Below are positions 37,157 to 49,863 of a DNA stretch of 64,000 bases, piece after piece. This DNA comes from Strigamia acuminata (taxonomy: Eukaryota), in NCBI GenBank assembly GCA_949358305.1, contig OX442314.1:21514001-21578000 (forward strand), in the 5' to 3' direction. The translations under genes were made by a program, and so were the position numbers. The first letter of the stretch is position 1. Each line of letters begins with the position of its first letter. The notes beneath the pieces were generated by a model, which saw only the letters and a list, made by a program, of their open reading frames with translations, did not search any database and was not told the origin of the DNA.

Positions 37157-37676
37157 TTTGACAAAATAGGGTTAAACATCGTCAAGTGACATACTTTCTA
37201 ATCTTTAAATCAACATTTCAGAGCTTATCATGTTTATTATTTTATTTATTGTAGATACATAAATACAATCTAATAAATTTGCTTCGAAATGTTACGAAAT
37301 GTTGTTACGAAATGTTGCGTGTATGAGTTGAACGTTCGGCATTGTTATAACTGCAGTTATAACAATACTTACTTACGTAGTTCATGTAATGGTCTTGGTG
37401 CAAACACACTTGCTTGTTTTACTAATCAGCATAAGACACCTAAGAAATTCGTTCTAAATTGAAAATGGTTCCTTCCGTTCCTCCTTATACATAAAAATTT
37501 TAAAACAAATTTTTTTCATAATTTTGCTTCAAATCTTGTTTGGAATAATGCATCACACAAAATGGTTCGTTTTTCTTACAAAGGACAGTGAAATGAATTC
37601 GCGAATAATTCATAATTTTGAGTATCACATTTTATTTGTGTCACTAAAAGAATGATTAAAATGCATTCATTGAGTG

Positions 37677-37785
37677 CAGCCATATCCCAGCATACGGCAC
37701 AAGCGCAGTATAATGTATCCAGAACGAGTATTTATACGTAATGCAACATTACACTGCACATGCTTTCGTATGCTGGGACATACTG
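37677..37785. mobile_element. Short MITE-like palindrome
   Basis: CAGCCATATCCCAGCATACG versus CGTATGCTGGGACATACTG. Confidence 0.4.
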
Positions 37786-37847
37786 TACATGCATACATAC
37801 AAATAAAGAAAATGATTAACGTGATGGATTAGCGATTAATTAAGATA

Positions 37848-38005
37848 AAGTCGAGCCTCGTCACATCAAAATTTTGTAACATGGTGTTCTATGGCCACCC
37901 AATCAGCCAAGCCATAACTATAACGAATTTGTTGTTATAACGAATGCTTATGCGTTATAACAACAAAATCGTTATAGTGCGGTTCGTTATAACGAGTTTC
38001 GACTG
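37848..38005. mobile_element. pogo/Tigger-like MITE (family of 39820-40000, opposite orientation)
   Basis: AGTCGAGCCTCG ... GTTATAACGAGTTTCGACTG-TA; shares ACATGGTGTTCTATGGCCA in reverse with the 39.9-kb copy. Confidence 0.7.
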
Positions 38006-38052
38006 TAGTATTGCCTTATTTTTACAATTTGGTTTTTCGTTTGCTGTAACCT

Positions 38053-40294
38053 TTAACGTGGTATAGCATAAATCGGTTGAGCTTTGGGCATAGTTACAAC
38101 AGCATAATTGTAATCGAAATCTATCGAGTCGTTAACTTTGTTAAAAGAAAAATGTTGCAACATGGATGTAAAGTAGAGAAATAATTCCATTCTTGCTAGT
38201 GATTCGCCCATACACTGGCGCTTCCCTGCAAAACAATTCCCATTAGTCGAATTGGCATAATTACACATTTCTGCAATCCTGTTTTGACCTACCCATGGAA
38301 AATGGAACGTACTCGTCAGTTCGCTTCATTTGCCCATTATCTGTTAAAAATCGTTCCGGTTTAAATTTCTCAGGTTCAGGAAATATTTCTGGATCATTAT
38401 GCACCGACCACAGATTTGGTACAATAGTCGATCTTTTTGGAATAAATTTTCCAAATAGTTCGGTGTCGTTAGTGGTGCTACAAGTACACATGCATATACA
38501 TTATACATCAATTTAATTTTTAAAAATTGAGTAGTATAAAGCATAGAAAAATACCAATGCAAAAGAGAAAAGGGAACAATAGTTATAATTCTATTGACTT
38601 CCATTAAAATGGCTTCGGTGTACGGCATTAATTTCTGATCTGTCATTGAAGGAGTTCTTTCTCTTCCTACTACATTATCTATTTCTTCGTGCACTTTAGC
38701 TTGAATATCAGGATGTTCAATCATGTATAACAAACTCCATCCTAGAGTGTTTGATGTCGTGTCACTTCCAGCCAGAAACAAGTCGAATAAAACTGATGGT
38801 AAGTGCTCCTCTAAAATTAATTGAACAACAAAAGTATTCGTAAAGTATAGGAACATTGGGATATTTTTTATAAGAAATACACACTCGTTAAATTTGTAAC
38901 TTCGTTTTCCTTTTTTTTGGCTTCCGAAAGCCATAAATCAATAAAATTATCGTCACTGTCTACTTCATGTTTAGCGTCAAATTTGTCCACAATTTTCGAA
39001 ATAACCCGAATCAAATCCATAGCAGTCATTCTGCGCATGAAAAAAATTATAAAATTTTATAATTTCAACAAATAAATTTGATACACATACGCGGGTGTTT
39101 TCAATCCCAAAACCTTTAACAGAATTTTAAATCTGAGTTGTGGTGGAATGAGTTGGACAACTCTACCAATCCCTAGTCTACGAAGATGCTCATTCGATAG
39201 ATGTAACAATTCATTAAACACCTTATCAGTGTAATCAAAGCGTCTGCCCGTCATGATAATGCAAATCACATTCGTTACACTTTTACGTATAAACTCTCCT
39301 ATGTCTGGTATTGGTTGCCCTTTAAAAGCTTCCACCTCCTTCACAAAGTGAAAAATCTCCTCCTGTAGATAAAAGAAAGAACAAGTCTGCTCCTCTAATT
39401 TTTTAGTATAGTCATTAGGCGTGTTTACTTTAATTCGGGGTTCCAAAGTTGACTTTCCAAATCCAAAATCGCGCAACTTTGAAAGGGAAAAGCGTCGTAG
39501 TTCTGACCATATTTCGCCACTGCTTCTAATGATGCCTGGTGGAAATAACAAGTCATATAATTTAGTTTAAAAGATTACTGTTAATCAATATACAAATCTA
39601 CCGGGCTGATCTCTTAAAGCATCTTGCATCATTTGTAATGGCCTTGCTGAAAAAACATCCGCTTGTTTTACTAATGCCTCCTTGATCGCTTTGTATGATG
39701 TTAAAAATATTGCGTGCTCTGAGCCCATGTTAATTCTAAAAAGGAATATAACACAAACACGGCATAGGTATAAACACTTAATTTTAAATTAAATAACAAC
39801 CAATGAATACCCCCACATATAGTCGAACCTCGTTATAACGAACCACGATATAACGAATTTATTGTTATAACGAATAGTTAAAAATAGTTTGGTTGGCTGG
39901 CCATAGAACACCATGTTAAAAATATTTTATATAACAAACTTTCGTTATAACGAACCGATTTTTCGGATCCCTTGCGATTCGTTATAACGAGGCTCAACTG
40001 TATTTACTATTTGAGTAATCTAACACAAAATTGTAATTACCTTATTACGTCGCCATAATGTTTTCTCAAGTTGGCCACTGTAATGTGTGGTTTTTCACCT
40101 AAGAATAATTTATATCCAATAATGGGAAAGCCCCAAGGTCCAGGTGGCAAATTTTTGCGAGTTTTGGCATAAGTCAATAATAACCAAGAAACCAGCAGTA
40201 ATATTACAGCAGTAATTAACTGAACTTGTAAATTATTAAAGTCAAAATGCGACACAATATAATTTAAAGAAAACATTGCTACCACTACTACCAT
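38053..40294 (-). CDS. Cytochrome P450, clan 2, paralog 4
   Basis: [50 protein letters not shown]. Start at ATG 40294 or 40276. Confidence 0.93.
39820..40000. mobile_element. pogo/Tigger-like MITE in intron 1 of P450 paralog 4
   Basis: TA-(T)AGTCGAACCTCGTTATAACGAA ... TTCGTTATAACGAGGCTCAACTG-TA. The corresponding intron of paralog 5 (about 43890-43920) has the empty site. Confidence 0.85.
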
Positions 40295-41018
40295 TGTTAT
40301 CTGTACTCTGTTTCAGAAAAGTTGTGACAAACGCCCATTGGTTGTGTGTATCACAAGCTCAAGAAAACATGTAACCTGTCATGTGATCTTTCTAATCTAA
40401 ACCAATAAGTAAGAGCTCAATTTGAAGGTGACTGTTAAACACTCACTAAAATACACTTTCAAATTTCCTAAAAAAATACACAATAAATTTAATAATAAAC
40501 GTTTTGGACGTGGCCGCAACAATGCTGGATACAGAAACTAAAATTTAACAAGGTCGAACGAGAACAGTATATACTCAATCTGAAACTGTATCCAGACAGA
40601 ACTAACCTTGGGTCTAAAAATAACCACTGTAATTATCTATTTTCAATCAGCGTCGACTGGTGGCAGATAGGTGCGTTTTTCGAACTTCTTTTCTATTGTT
40701 CTTTTGTATACATGATGCAATGGCATGTACCCTCACAAAATGGTGTATTTATGTAATAGCATTGAGGTTCCAACTCATTGGTTAAAAGTGTAATTAATTT
40801 GTTACTCAATGAATGAGAAATAGCACTTTGCAATACCTGTGGAGTTGTAGCATCCTTTGAGATTTCCAAGCATTGCAGCAGGAATGTGAAGAATGCCAAA
40901 CATGTCATCCTAAGAAAGTAGAAAGTAACTTGACATTTTAACCCAACCTAACCCATCCCCTTGTAAGCACGTGAACCATTGATGTACACAAAGATTGATC
41001 TTGAGACACAGAATTATA

Positions 41019-41188
41019 CAATTTAGCTTTTATTCAATCATCAATTTAGCTTTAATTCAATCATCAATTTAGCTTTTATTCACTCATCAATTTAACTTTT
41101 ATTCAATCATCAATTTAGCTTTTATTCACTCATCAATTTAATCTTTATCAATCATCAATTTAGCTTTTATTCAATCATCAATTTAGCT
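41019..41188. repeat. Minisatellite, 23-bp unit, about 7 copies
   Basis: CAATTTAGCTTTTATTCAATCAT repeated with few substitutions. Confidence 0.9.
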
Positions 41189-41191
41189 AGA

Positions 41192-41324
41192 ATAGCGTTT
41201 CAAAAGGATGGGACAAGTAAAGTATGTCATGTAGCCAAAATAATTAAGAAATTATCTCAAAATGAAAATAATATTGATGTTCTAAAATGGCCAGTTCAGT
41301 TCTCCAGACATAAACCCAATTGAG
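41192..41324 (+). mobile_element. Tc1-family DDE transposase remnant
   Basis: Translates as IAFQKDGTSKVCHVAK...IDVLKWPVQ, then a frameshift, then SPDINPIE. This matches the Tc1 consensus FQQDNAPxH...WPxQSPDLNPIE. Confidence 0.8.
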
Positions 41325-41345
41325 TTCCTATGACAGTGCCTCAAA

Positions 41346-41384
41346 TGAGTCATGTGACTGAGCTATGAAAAGTGGATATTGGCT
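41346..41384. promoter_or_regulatory. AP-1 / ARE (CncC-Maf) + CCAAT block upstream of P450 paralog 4
   Basis: TGAGTCA (41346-41352), GTGACTGAGC (41354-41363) and ATTGGCT; homologous to 44432-44476. Confidence 0.5.
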
Positions 41385-42137
41385 GAGCGACATAAAATTT
41401 CAATTAGTATCATGCTCAAGTTGATTGTGCATACGGTATGTCTAGTCTAGGTGTATTACTTCTAAATTCTGTGGTGAAACCTAGTGAAGTTTAGTGACAT
41501 TAATATAAGTATAAAATGTAAAGAGCACTAATTGTAAAAATCATTGATGCCCTATCAATCAAAATAGTCGATGTACTTATGCAAGGTTTTTCGTGGCAAC
41601 TCCTACGTGTAATCATTTATTCATTAGCTTATTATGTACTAATACTCAATTTTCACCGGGATTTTAAGTCAGTAACAATTGTCGGAGGTGATAAATATTC
41701 AGTTTGGTCATTTTTACCATGTAAATTGGCTTGGTTGCCGCTTGGTTGTCACTTGTTTGAATTTTGCCATTGTGGCAATAATAGAGTGATCTACATATAC
41801 TTACATAGACACTTTCCCACTCATGTTTAAAGAGACTACAGCTATTGGGCATTATTTGTTTTGTCGTGTGTGGGCAAGAAGTAGTGACATAAAAAATGGG
41901 GTGAATAATTGTTCGATTCAAAATTCTGCTTCAGATTAGAAATTTCTCACTTATTTTCCACCAAGTTTAGATTTTTTTATAATTTTTTTTAAAACTGTAG
42001 CTGACAACCTATATAATTTCATTTCCATTAATTAAACAGCTTTTGAATTACACCTAACTGAAATAAACAAAATATTATTTCGAATCTAGTTTCAAAATTT
42101 AAAATATCTCTCTCGCATTCCGCACAAAAAATATGAT

Positions 42138-44207
42138 TTAACGTGGTAGGGCACAAATGGGTTGAGCCTTGGGCATAGTTACAACAGCATAATTGTAATC
42201 GAAATCAATCGTATCGTTAACTTTGTTAAAAGAAAAATTTTGCAACATGGATGTAAAGTAGAGAAATAATTCCATTCTTGCTAGTGATTCGCCCATACAC
42301 TGGCGCTTCCCTGCAAATAAATCACCATTAGTCGAATTTGCAAATTACACTTTCTGCATTTCTGTTTTGACCTACCCATGGAAAATGGAACGTACTCTTC
42401 AGTTCGCTTAACTTGCCCATTATCTGTTAAAAATCGTTCCGGTTTAAATTTCTCCGGTTCTGGAAATATTTCTGGATCATTATGCACCGCCCACAGATTT
42501 GTTATGATAGTCGATCCTTTTGGAATAAATTTTCCAAATATTTCGGTGTCCGTAGTGTTGCTACAAGTACACATGCATATACATTGAACAACAATTTAAT
42601 CTCTAAAAATTGAGCAATAAAAATGATAGAAAAATACCAATGAATAAGAGACAAGGGAACAATGGTTATAATTCTATTGACTTCCATTAAAATGGCTTCG
42701 GTGTACGGCATTAATTTCTGATCTGACATTGAAGGAGTTCTTTCTCTTCCTACTACATTATCTATTTCTTCGTGCACTTTAGCTTGAATATCAGGATGTT
42801 CAATCATGTATAACAAACTCCATCCTAGTGTGTTTGATGTCGTGTCACTTCCAGCCAGAAACAAGTCGAATAAAACTGTTGGTAACTGCTTCTCTAAAAT
42901 TAATTGAACAACAAAAGTATTCGTAAAGTGTAGGAGATTTGGAGATTTATGTAAGAAATACACACTTGTCAAATTTGTAACTTCGTTTTCCTTTTCTTTT
43001 GCTTCCGAAAGCCACAAATCAATAAAATTATCTTGATTGTCTACTTCATGTTTAGCGTCAAATTTGTCCACAATTTTTGAGATAACCCGAATCATATCCA
43101 TAGCAGTCGTTCTGCGAATGTAGAAAATTATAAAATGTCATAATTTCAACAAATAAATTTGATACACATACCGAGCTGTTTTCAATCGCAAAACTTTTAA
43201 CAGAATTTTAAATCTGAGCTGTTGTGGAATGAGATGGACAACTCTATCAATCCCTATTCTGCGAAGATGCTCATTCGATAGATGTAACAATTCATTAAAC
43301 ACCTTATCAGTGTAATCAAAGCGTCTGCCTGTCATGATAATGCAAATCACATTCGTTACACTTTTACGTATAAACTCTCCTATGTCTGGTATTGGTTGCC
43401 CTTTAAAAGCTTCCACCTCCTTCACAAAGTGAAAAATCTCCTCCTGCAAATGAGAAAAAGAACAAATCTGCTAGTCTAATATTATAGTATAGTCATTAGA
43501 CGAATTTACTTTAATTCGGGGTTCCAAAGTTGACTTTCCAAATCCAAAATCGCGCAATTTTGAAAGTGAAAAACGTCGAAGCTCTGACCATATTTCGCCA
43601 CTGCTTCTAATAATGCCTGGTGGAAATAACAAGTCATATAATTTAGTTTAAAAGATTACTGCTAATCAATGTATTGTGCAAATCTACCAGGATTATCTTT
43701 GAAAGCGTCTGGTAAGTGATGATATGGTCTTGCTGAAAAAACATCTGCTTGTTTTACTAACGCCTCTTTGATCGCTTTGTACGATGTTAAAAATATTGCG
43801 TGCTCAGTGCCCATGTTAATTCTATTCAGGAATATAACACAAACACGTCATAGATAAACTCAATCGTGTACACTTAATTTTGAATTAAATAACAATCAAT
43901 CAATACCTCCATCATTTACTACAAAATGAAAATAAATGACCTTAAGTGTTGTCATTTTTAATTGTAATTACCTTATTATGTCACCATAATGTTTTCTCAA
44001 GTTGGCAACTGTAATGTGGGGTTTTTTACCTAAGAATAATTTATATCCAATGATTGGTAAGCCCCAAGGTCCAGAAGGCAAATTTTTGCGAGTTTTGGCG
44101 TAAGTCAATAATAACCAAGAAACCAGCAGTAATATTAAAACAATAATTAACTGAACTTGTAAATTATTAACGTCAAAATATGACGAAATACAATTTAAAG
44201 ACAACAT
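42138..44207 (-). CDS. Cytochrome P450, clan 2, paralog 5 (recent duplicate of paralog 4)
   Basis: Exons and introns are near-identical to paralog 4. All P450 motifs are present; stop TAA at 42138. Confidence 0.93.
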
Positions 44208-44431
44208 TGCTACCACAGACTTATGTTATCTAATGAAACAACAAGTACAATAATGAGTAAAATGACCTTTAATCCTTGTGATCAAGTACTGATATCTTTT
44301 GATTGTGCATTGCACAATTAAAATGTAGAAAAAAAATTATAACTAAATTCTGTGTGTTTATGTAATAGCATTGAGCTAGAAGGAATGAGCTGTAAGTTAT
44401 AGTTCATTGAATTCCTACGGCAGTACCTCAA

Positions 44432-44476
44432 ATGAGTCAGCTAATGTGACTGAGCGGTGAAAAATTCATATTGGCT
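44432..44476. promoter_or_regulatory. Tandem ARE/NF-E2 sites + CCAAT upstream of P450 paralog 5, in the P450-FAR divergent intergenic region
   Basis: ATGAGTCAGC (44432-44441) and GTGACTGAGC (44446-44455) both fit RTGA(C/G)NNNGC. ATTGGCT follows. Confidence 0.55.
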
Positions 44477-45174
44477 AGATGGCACAAAATAAAACCCACT
44501 CAGTGCACTTGACCTTTAGACGTAAATTTTTTGTGAATAATCTATTTTGCAAATTATTGATTTGCTGATAAATCATTTATCCAGATTACTATTCACTTTA
44601 AATAATTGAAATGACACCTCAATTCAATTCAATTTATAAAACGCAAAATTTCGAAATCGCAAAACTTTCAATAGAATTAGGAAATGCAAATAGTTCCGAG
44701 TACCTCAAGAATAGACAGATGTTGTTTGAATAACTTCCTTATCATACGTGATCTCAGTACAATTTAATTTTTCACAAAGTAAAAATCAACAGATCGCTTA
44801 ACTCTTTCATTTTGTAGAAACAACTCTTCTTTTTAAAATAATAGCCTCTTTATTCCCACATAATCTTCATATTCATTGATACACGAAACAAAAACATCTG
44901 TCAGCTATCACACCTAAAACACCTAGTATGCAGCCAACTGTTTCTAATTCATTACAGATCTAAATAATTCTAGCTAAAAACCAATTTTTGTCATTGAAAT
45001 CATTCTTTGGCAGTAAAACTTGCTTTTATGATTTTTGCAACACGTATAAATTATACCGCTGTTCTTATCGGCCGAAATACACAAAGTCTCTATTGTCTCT
45101 GTCCCATCTGTTAAAATGATAAACGTTGGTATAAAGATCTAACAATTCCTCGCATTACGTACTTGAATGAAAGC

Positions 45175-47637
45175 ATGGTTTCCTCCATGAATCAATTTTT
45201 TAAAGGCCGAAGTGTTTTTATCACCGGTGTAACTGGCTTTTTGGGGAAAGTTCTGTTGGAAAAACTCTTGCGCACTTGTCCTGATGTCCGTGCCGTTTAC
45301 ATTCTTCTACGGGCCAAGAAAGGTAAAGATGTGGCGCAGCGTTTGAAAGAAATATTCAATTCACAAGTAAATTTCTACAATTTTTGGACGCATTAAACAC
45401 ACTAAATAACAAGTGATGTTTATTAGGCATTTGACAGAATTAAGGAAAATAATTCTACAGTTTTTGAGAAAGTGATTGCTGTAAATGGCGACATTTCCCT
45501 TCCTTTATTTGGACTTGATTCAACCGATGTCGAGTTACTAGCTGAAAATGTATCGATAGTGTTCAACTCGGCGGCAACGGTTAAATTTGAGAAGCCAATC
45601 AAAATTGCCATTAAAACCAATCTGGTATCCGTAAGACATTTGCTTAAATTATGCCAAAAGATGGACCAACTTGCAGTAAGGATATTATATAATTCCAACA
45701 TTTGACTGCCATACAACATTTTTTTTTTATTTTCTGTAATAAGGCCTTAATTCATGTGTCCACCGCATACTCAAATTGCCTACTCAATAGACCGATTATT
45801 GAAGAGCTTGTTTATAAACCAAATATAGATCCTTCGAAAGTTATTGAAATATTTGAGTGAGTTAACTAATTATGCTTTTAGTAAATTAATTGTCAAAAAC
45901 AAATCTGTACAGCAACCTCGATGATGAAATAGCAGAAAAAATCAGTCCAATAATAATAGGAGCATTTCCGAATACATACACATACACCAAATTCTTGGCA
46001 GAATATCTGTTGATGGAAGAAGGTGGTAACATACCACGAGCTATAATTCGCCCAGGCGCTGTAACTTGTGCGTGGGAAGACCCTTTTCCTGTGAGTTCAA
46101 TTATTTTTCTCCCGACTGTACAATATTTTATTGTTTATTTTATTATTTTTAATTATTAGGGTTGGATTGATTCTTGGAGTGCCTGGGGTGGCATCTCAGC
46201 TGCCGTAAGTAGACTGACTCGCACAGACATATACAGTCGTGGACAAAAAAAACTTCATATCTATCATAATTTGCCGGGTCTATCTTTGTTGTTAGGGCCA
46301 GACGAGAGACCGGGTCAAGATCGATGTCATTGAATCTCAATAGATTTTTTATGCCACCTGGTAGATAAACTTAAAACAGCTAAACTGAAGGGAAGGTTTT
46401 TTTGTCCACGACTGTACATACAGTACTACGTAGCAGAACCTCGATTATCCGAACTAATTGGGGACATGGGTGTTCATAAAACCGAATTGTTCAGATAATC
46501 GAACATTAGATTTATACACATACGAGTTTTAGAGGCATTTTAGAGTTTTTGAATGCAGCTACTGTCATCATCTTGCTCGTTAAATATAGATGGGACTAGG
46601 AATTACTCCGAGTATTTGCTGTAATCCGAAAATGGCTACACACATTATTCCAGTTGATTTCTGTGTGAATACGTTTATCACTGCAGCAAGAGAAACTGCT
46701 CTCAACAAGTAAGAGATCTTAAAATTCTTCTCATTTTTGGGGAATTGCATTAACAATGATGTTTTCGCTTAGACCTGATGTAATCAAGGTTTACCATTGC
46801 GTATCTGGTGGCGATACCAAAATTACTCACGAGACCTATATAGGCCTATGGACGAAACATTCGACTAAATTCCCCTTAAATAATATGATACGAAGACCAA
46901 ATGTAACCATTATCTGCAATTATTTCGCTCAATATATTTTCAATTTATGGGATTATTACACTTTTCTCTGTCCAATGGATTGTCTATTGACATTAACTGG
47001 CAATAAACCTTTGTAGGTGCAACTACTTTTATTGTAATTCTTTAATTGATGGAAATTTACGTGATTTAATAGTTTGCGAAAAGTATATCATGAATTCAGC
47101 AAGAATTTAAAAAGTACAGTCTATTTCGGTGCAAACGAATGGCAATTCGGTAATAATAATACACTGCAGTTATGGAATTCCTTAACTTCAGACGAAAAAA
47201 AAGTAAACTTGACGATTTGCTGTAGTTATCAAAGCTAACGCAGTGTTTCTTCACTTTCAGATCTTCAATTTTGACCTTAAACAAATTGACTGGGTTCAAC
47301 ATTTAGAAGATTATGTTTACGGATGCAAAATATACCACATGAAAGAAAACGTTTCAACGTTACCAGCTGCACGCAGACGTTACAAAATGTATATGTCAAG
47401 TTATTCTGCCTAAAACGGTGCAGTACGTTTTAAGATATATTTAATCATTTTTCCAGATTACTGTGGACAAGTCGTTTTTGGAACATTTTTAAATGGACCT
47501 TAGTGTGGATTTTCCTTCGTAGAAAATGTGACAAGTATTTTAAAATTAAGAACAAGAGTTTCTATTTCATGTATTATAAAGTAATGTTTGTAGTTTTGCG
47601 AATTTTGGCGTTTCAATTTAAAACTAATTATCATTAA
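45175..47637 (+). CDS. Fatty acyl-CoA reductase (FAR), copy 1
   Basis: Rossmann motif VFITGVTGFLGKVLLEKLLR, FNSAATVKF, HVSTAYS, catalytic NTYTYTK, IIPVDF, and a Sterile C-domain (FNFDLKQIDW). Multi-exon and in frame. Confidence 0.93.
46234..46414. mobile_element. Tc1-like MITE in FAR copy 1 intron
   Basis: TA-CAGTCGTGGACAAAAAAA ... TTTTTTTGTCCACGACTG-TA; same family as 8673-8867. Confidence 0.85.
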
Positions 47638-47710
47638 TTATAATTTGAATGCAAATGGAAATAAATATTTCTCACTGAAGATAAATTTATATTGTCATTG
47701 AATAACCATT

Positions 47711-48259
47711 AGTGAGTTTGCGGTTGCCAATTGTTCCTTATAATTATGAGTTAGAAGCTCACAATTATAAAAATGGACTTATAACATAACGTAACTCCTC
47801 AACTTTTACACTATTTTGTAAAATAAGGGAGCCAATCAGATCGCTTAACACTATTTGAAGCTCCTCCCACTATTGCAAATGGCGCTAATGGTGCTGATGG
47901 AAATTCAAAATGGCTGCCTGACCTGTTTCAACATTCAGCCTCAATCACAATTTCTTTCTGCTATCAAAGGATAGAAACAACTAAAATCATTCCAGGTAAG
48001 CAAATAAATAAACTGGAAGACAATTTTATGTCTGAAAAATGTCAAATTAGTAAAACTACAGATTTTCATTTTCTTTTGCATATGGATTTGTTCTACCATT
48101 ACATGCAAGGGATTTGTACTGTTCACATGGTATTTATAAGTATAATTTATAAAATATATTTGTTGTAACGCAAGTGCCTATTTCAACAAGGAATTATAAT
48201 TATAATTATGAGCTTATAACTCATAATTATAAGGAATAATTGGCAACCGCAAACTCCCT
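47711..48259. mobile_element. Non-autonomous DNA transposon, PIF/Harbinger-like
   Basis: About 55-bp TIR AG(T/G)GAGTTTGCGGTTGCCAATT(G/A)TTCCTTATAATTATGAGTTA...; 3-bp flank ATT on both sides. Confidence 0.8.
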
Positions 48260-48299
48260 ATTGTTTGTGAAATTAGTTCCATAAGAAGTCGTTGGTCAG

Positions 48300-49300
48300 T
48301 GGGCTCATTAAAGATACTGACGGCTTCCTAATGACAGGAAGTTACAGAAACAGTGAACCAATATTGTGCACGTTTGTGAGGTCTGGCCGTCGACTGTGAG
48401 TGAGTATACAGACTTGGATAAAGAATTAAAAGCCCAGGTGATTTTTGCAACATCAATGGCCAGTTTGCGCTGTCAAGCGCTACGATCAAATTATTGGAAG
48501 TTAAAATATTTATTAGATGCCGCAAGGAGTTATGAGTGGTCGGAATAGCAGGCGAGATGTATGGAGGGAGCAGATCTGACGAAGCGGCATGCGGAAGTAT
48601 ACTTGGTAAGAGATAGTGACCCAAAGAGTGGATGAGGTGGAAGGGACCATTTTCGGGGACCGCCTTGAAGTGATAACACCTGAGATACCACCTCAAGGTT
48701 GTGTTTTAACTGTGGACATTCAAATGCAGTGATGACTAGCAAGTTATTACACGATGTGTAGCGAGGAAGCGAAGGATGACTGTGTGTTTGGTATTTTGGT
48801 GGGATTGGAGTTAAAGCAAAAGATGCCGAGAGTTGAAGTTTTGGTGGGACGATGTAAGATGCTTGTTGTGTTTGTAGTCGATTCGAGGACCCAGGCGAAC
48901 TTGTTGAACCAAGAGGTGTTTCAATTGATGATTCCAGTGCCAGTGTTGAAGCAGAGTTGTGCACGTTTGATGCCTTGTGGAACCACTGCCACTGTTGGGA
49001 GTCATGATGACAGTGTTGGAGTATTAGGGTTGGCAGGTGAAAACGGAACTCTATGTGGCAGATGTATGTGGTGGATCCTTGCTGAGTTATGACACGTCAG
49101 CACAGTTGAACCTGATCCAGATTTTGCAGATGGTGAGTGATTTGTAGTGTTGGAGGAGGACCAAGAACGATAGCAGAGGTCGGAGCTGGAGGATGGATTG
49201 GAAGTGGAGGACTTTGGGAGAGGTTTGAAACTGAAAAGATTGGTGCGTACTGCGTACACCAATGTGGCATGAAGACTACTAGAAGGAACATGTTGTATTG
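48300..49300 (-). mobile_element. Highly degenerate non-LTR (LINE) ORF2 remnant
   Basis: GC-richer, C-skewed island. Broken frames contain LTPIPPK...SHPS...AFE, SSDLL...IVALD and VDGQTS in the order of LINE RT motifs (PIPKK..PSNYRPI..FE; RSTxDLL; VxLDxxKAFD; VxGxxS). Confidence 0.4.
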
Positions 49301-49394
49301 ATTTGTTTTATTTTGTTTTTGTGGGTTTTCGATTTTATTTGCGTTTGATTTTGTTTTTTTTGTTGTTTTATCGATTGTATTTTCTTGGGAGGGA

Positions 49395-49584
49395 TGTAAT
49401 ATCGTGTATGTATACGTGTATATTGTTTCTGTGACTTGTTACTAAAGGGCGCGCGAGCGGCCCGAGGTTATGTGAATGATAACGAGTGACATGTGCAGCA
49501 ATTATAATGTATGTTGACTAATAAACAGCATGTCTCCTTAACGAGCCTCCTTCTTTAATGTGGACATTTATAACAAACATTACA
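49395..49584 (+). mobile_element. Candidate LTR (3' LTR with polypurine tract)
   Basis: TGTAAT...ATTACA inverted ends, internal AATAAA, immediately preceded by GGGAGGGA. No partner LTR seen. Confidence 0.45.
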
Positions 49585-49863
49585 GCACCTATTGTTCAAC
49601 AATACAACAGTGACAAAACCTATTAAATTAGCCATGCCCCATTTACTTTCCCAATCTATCATCAAATTTAATATATTTGAACTAAGTTATAAAATACTGC
49701 ATTTATTCCAGAATTCTGCTTCGACCTGTATAAATGTTATCGCTTTTCATATCGAGAGTGATGCAAAATGCCTCTATTGTATTCTCTATCTGTTAAAATC
49801 GCAAACCAGGTGGTAAGACTTCAACAATTCATGCATTATAAACTTGAACGGCTAAATGAAAGC

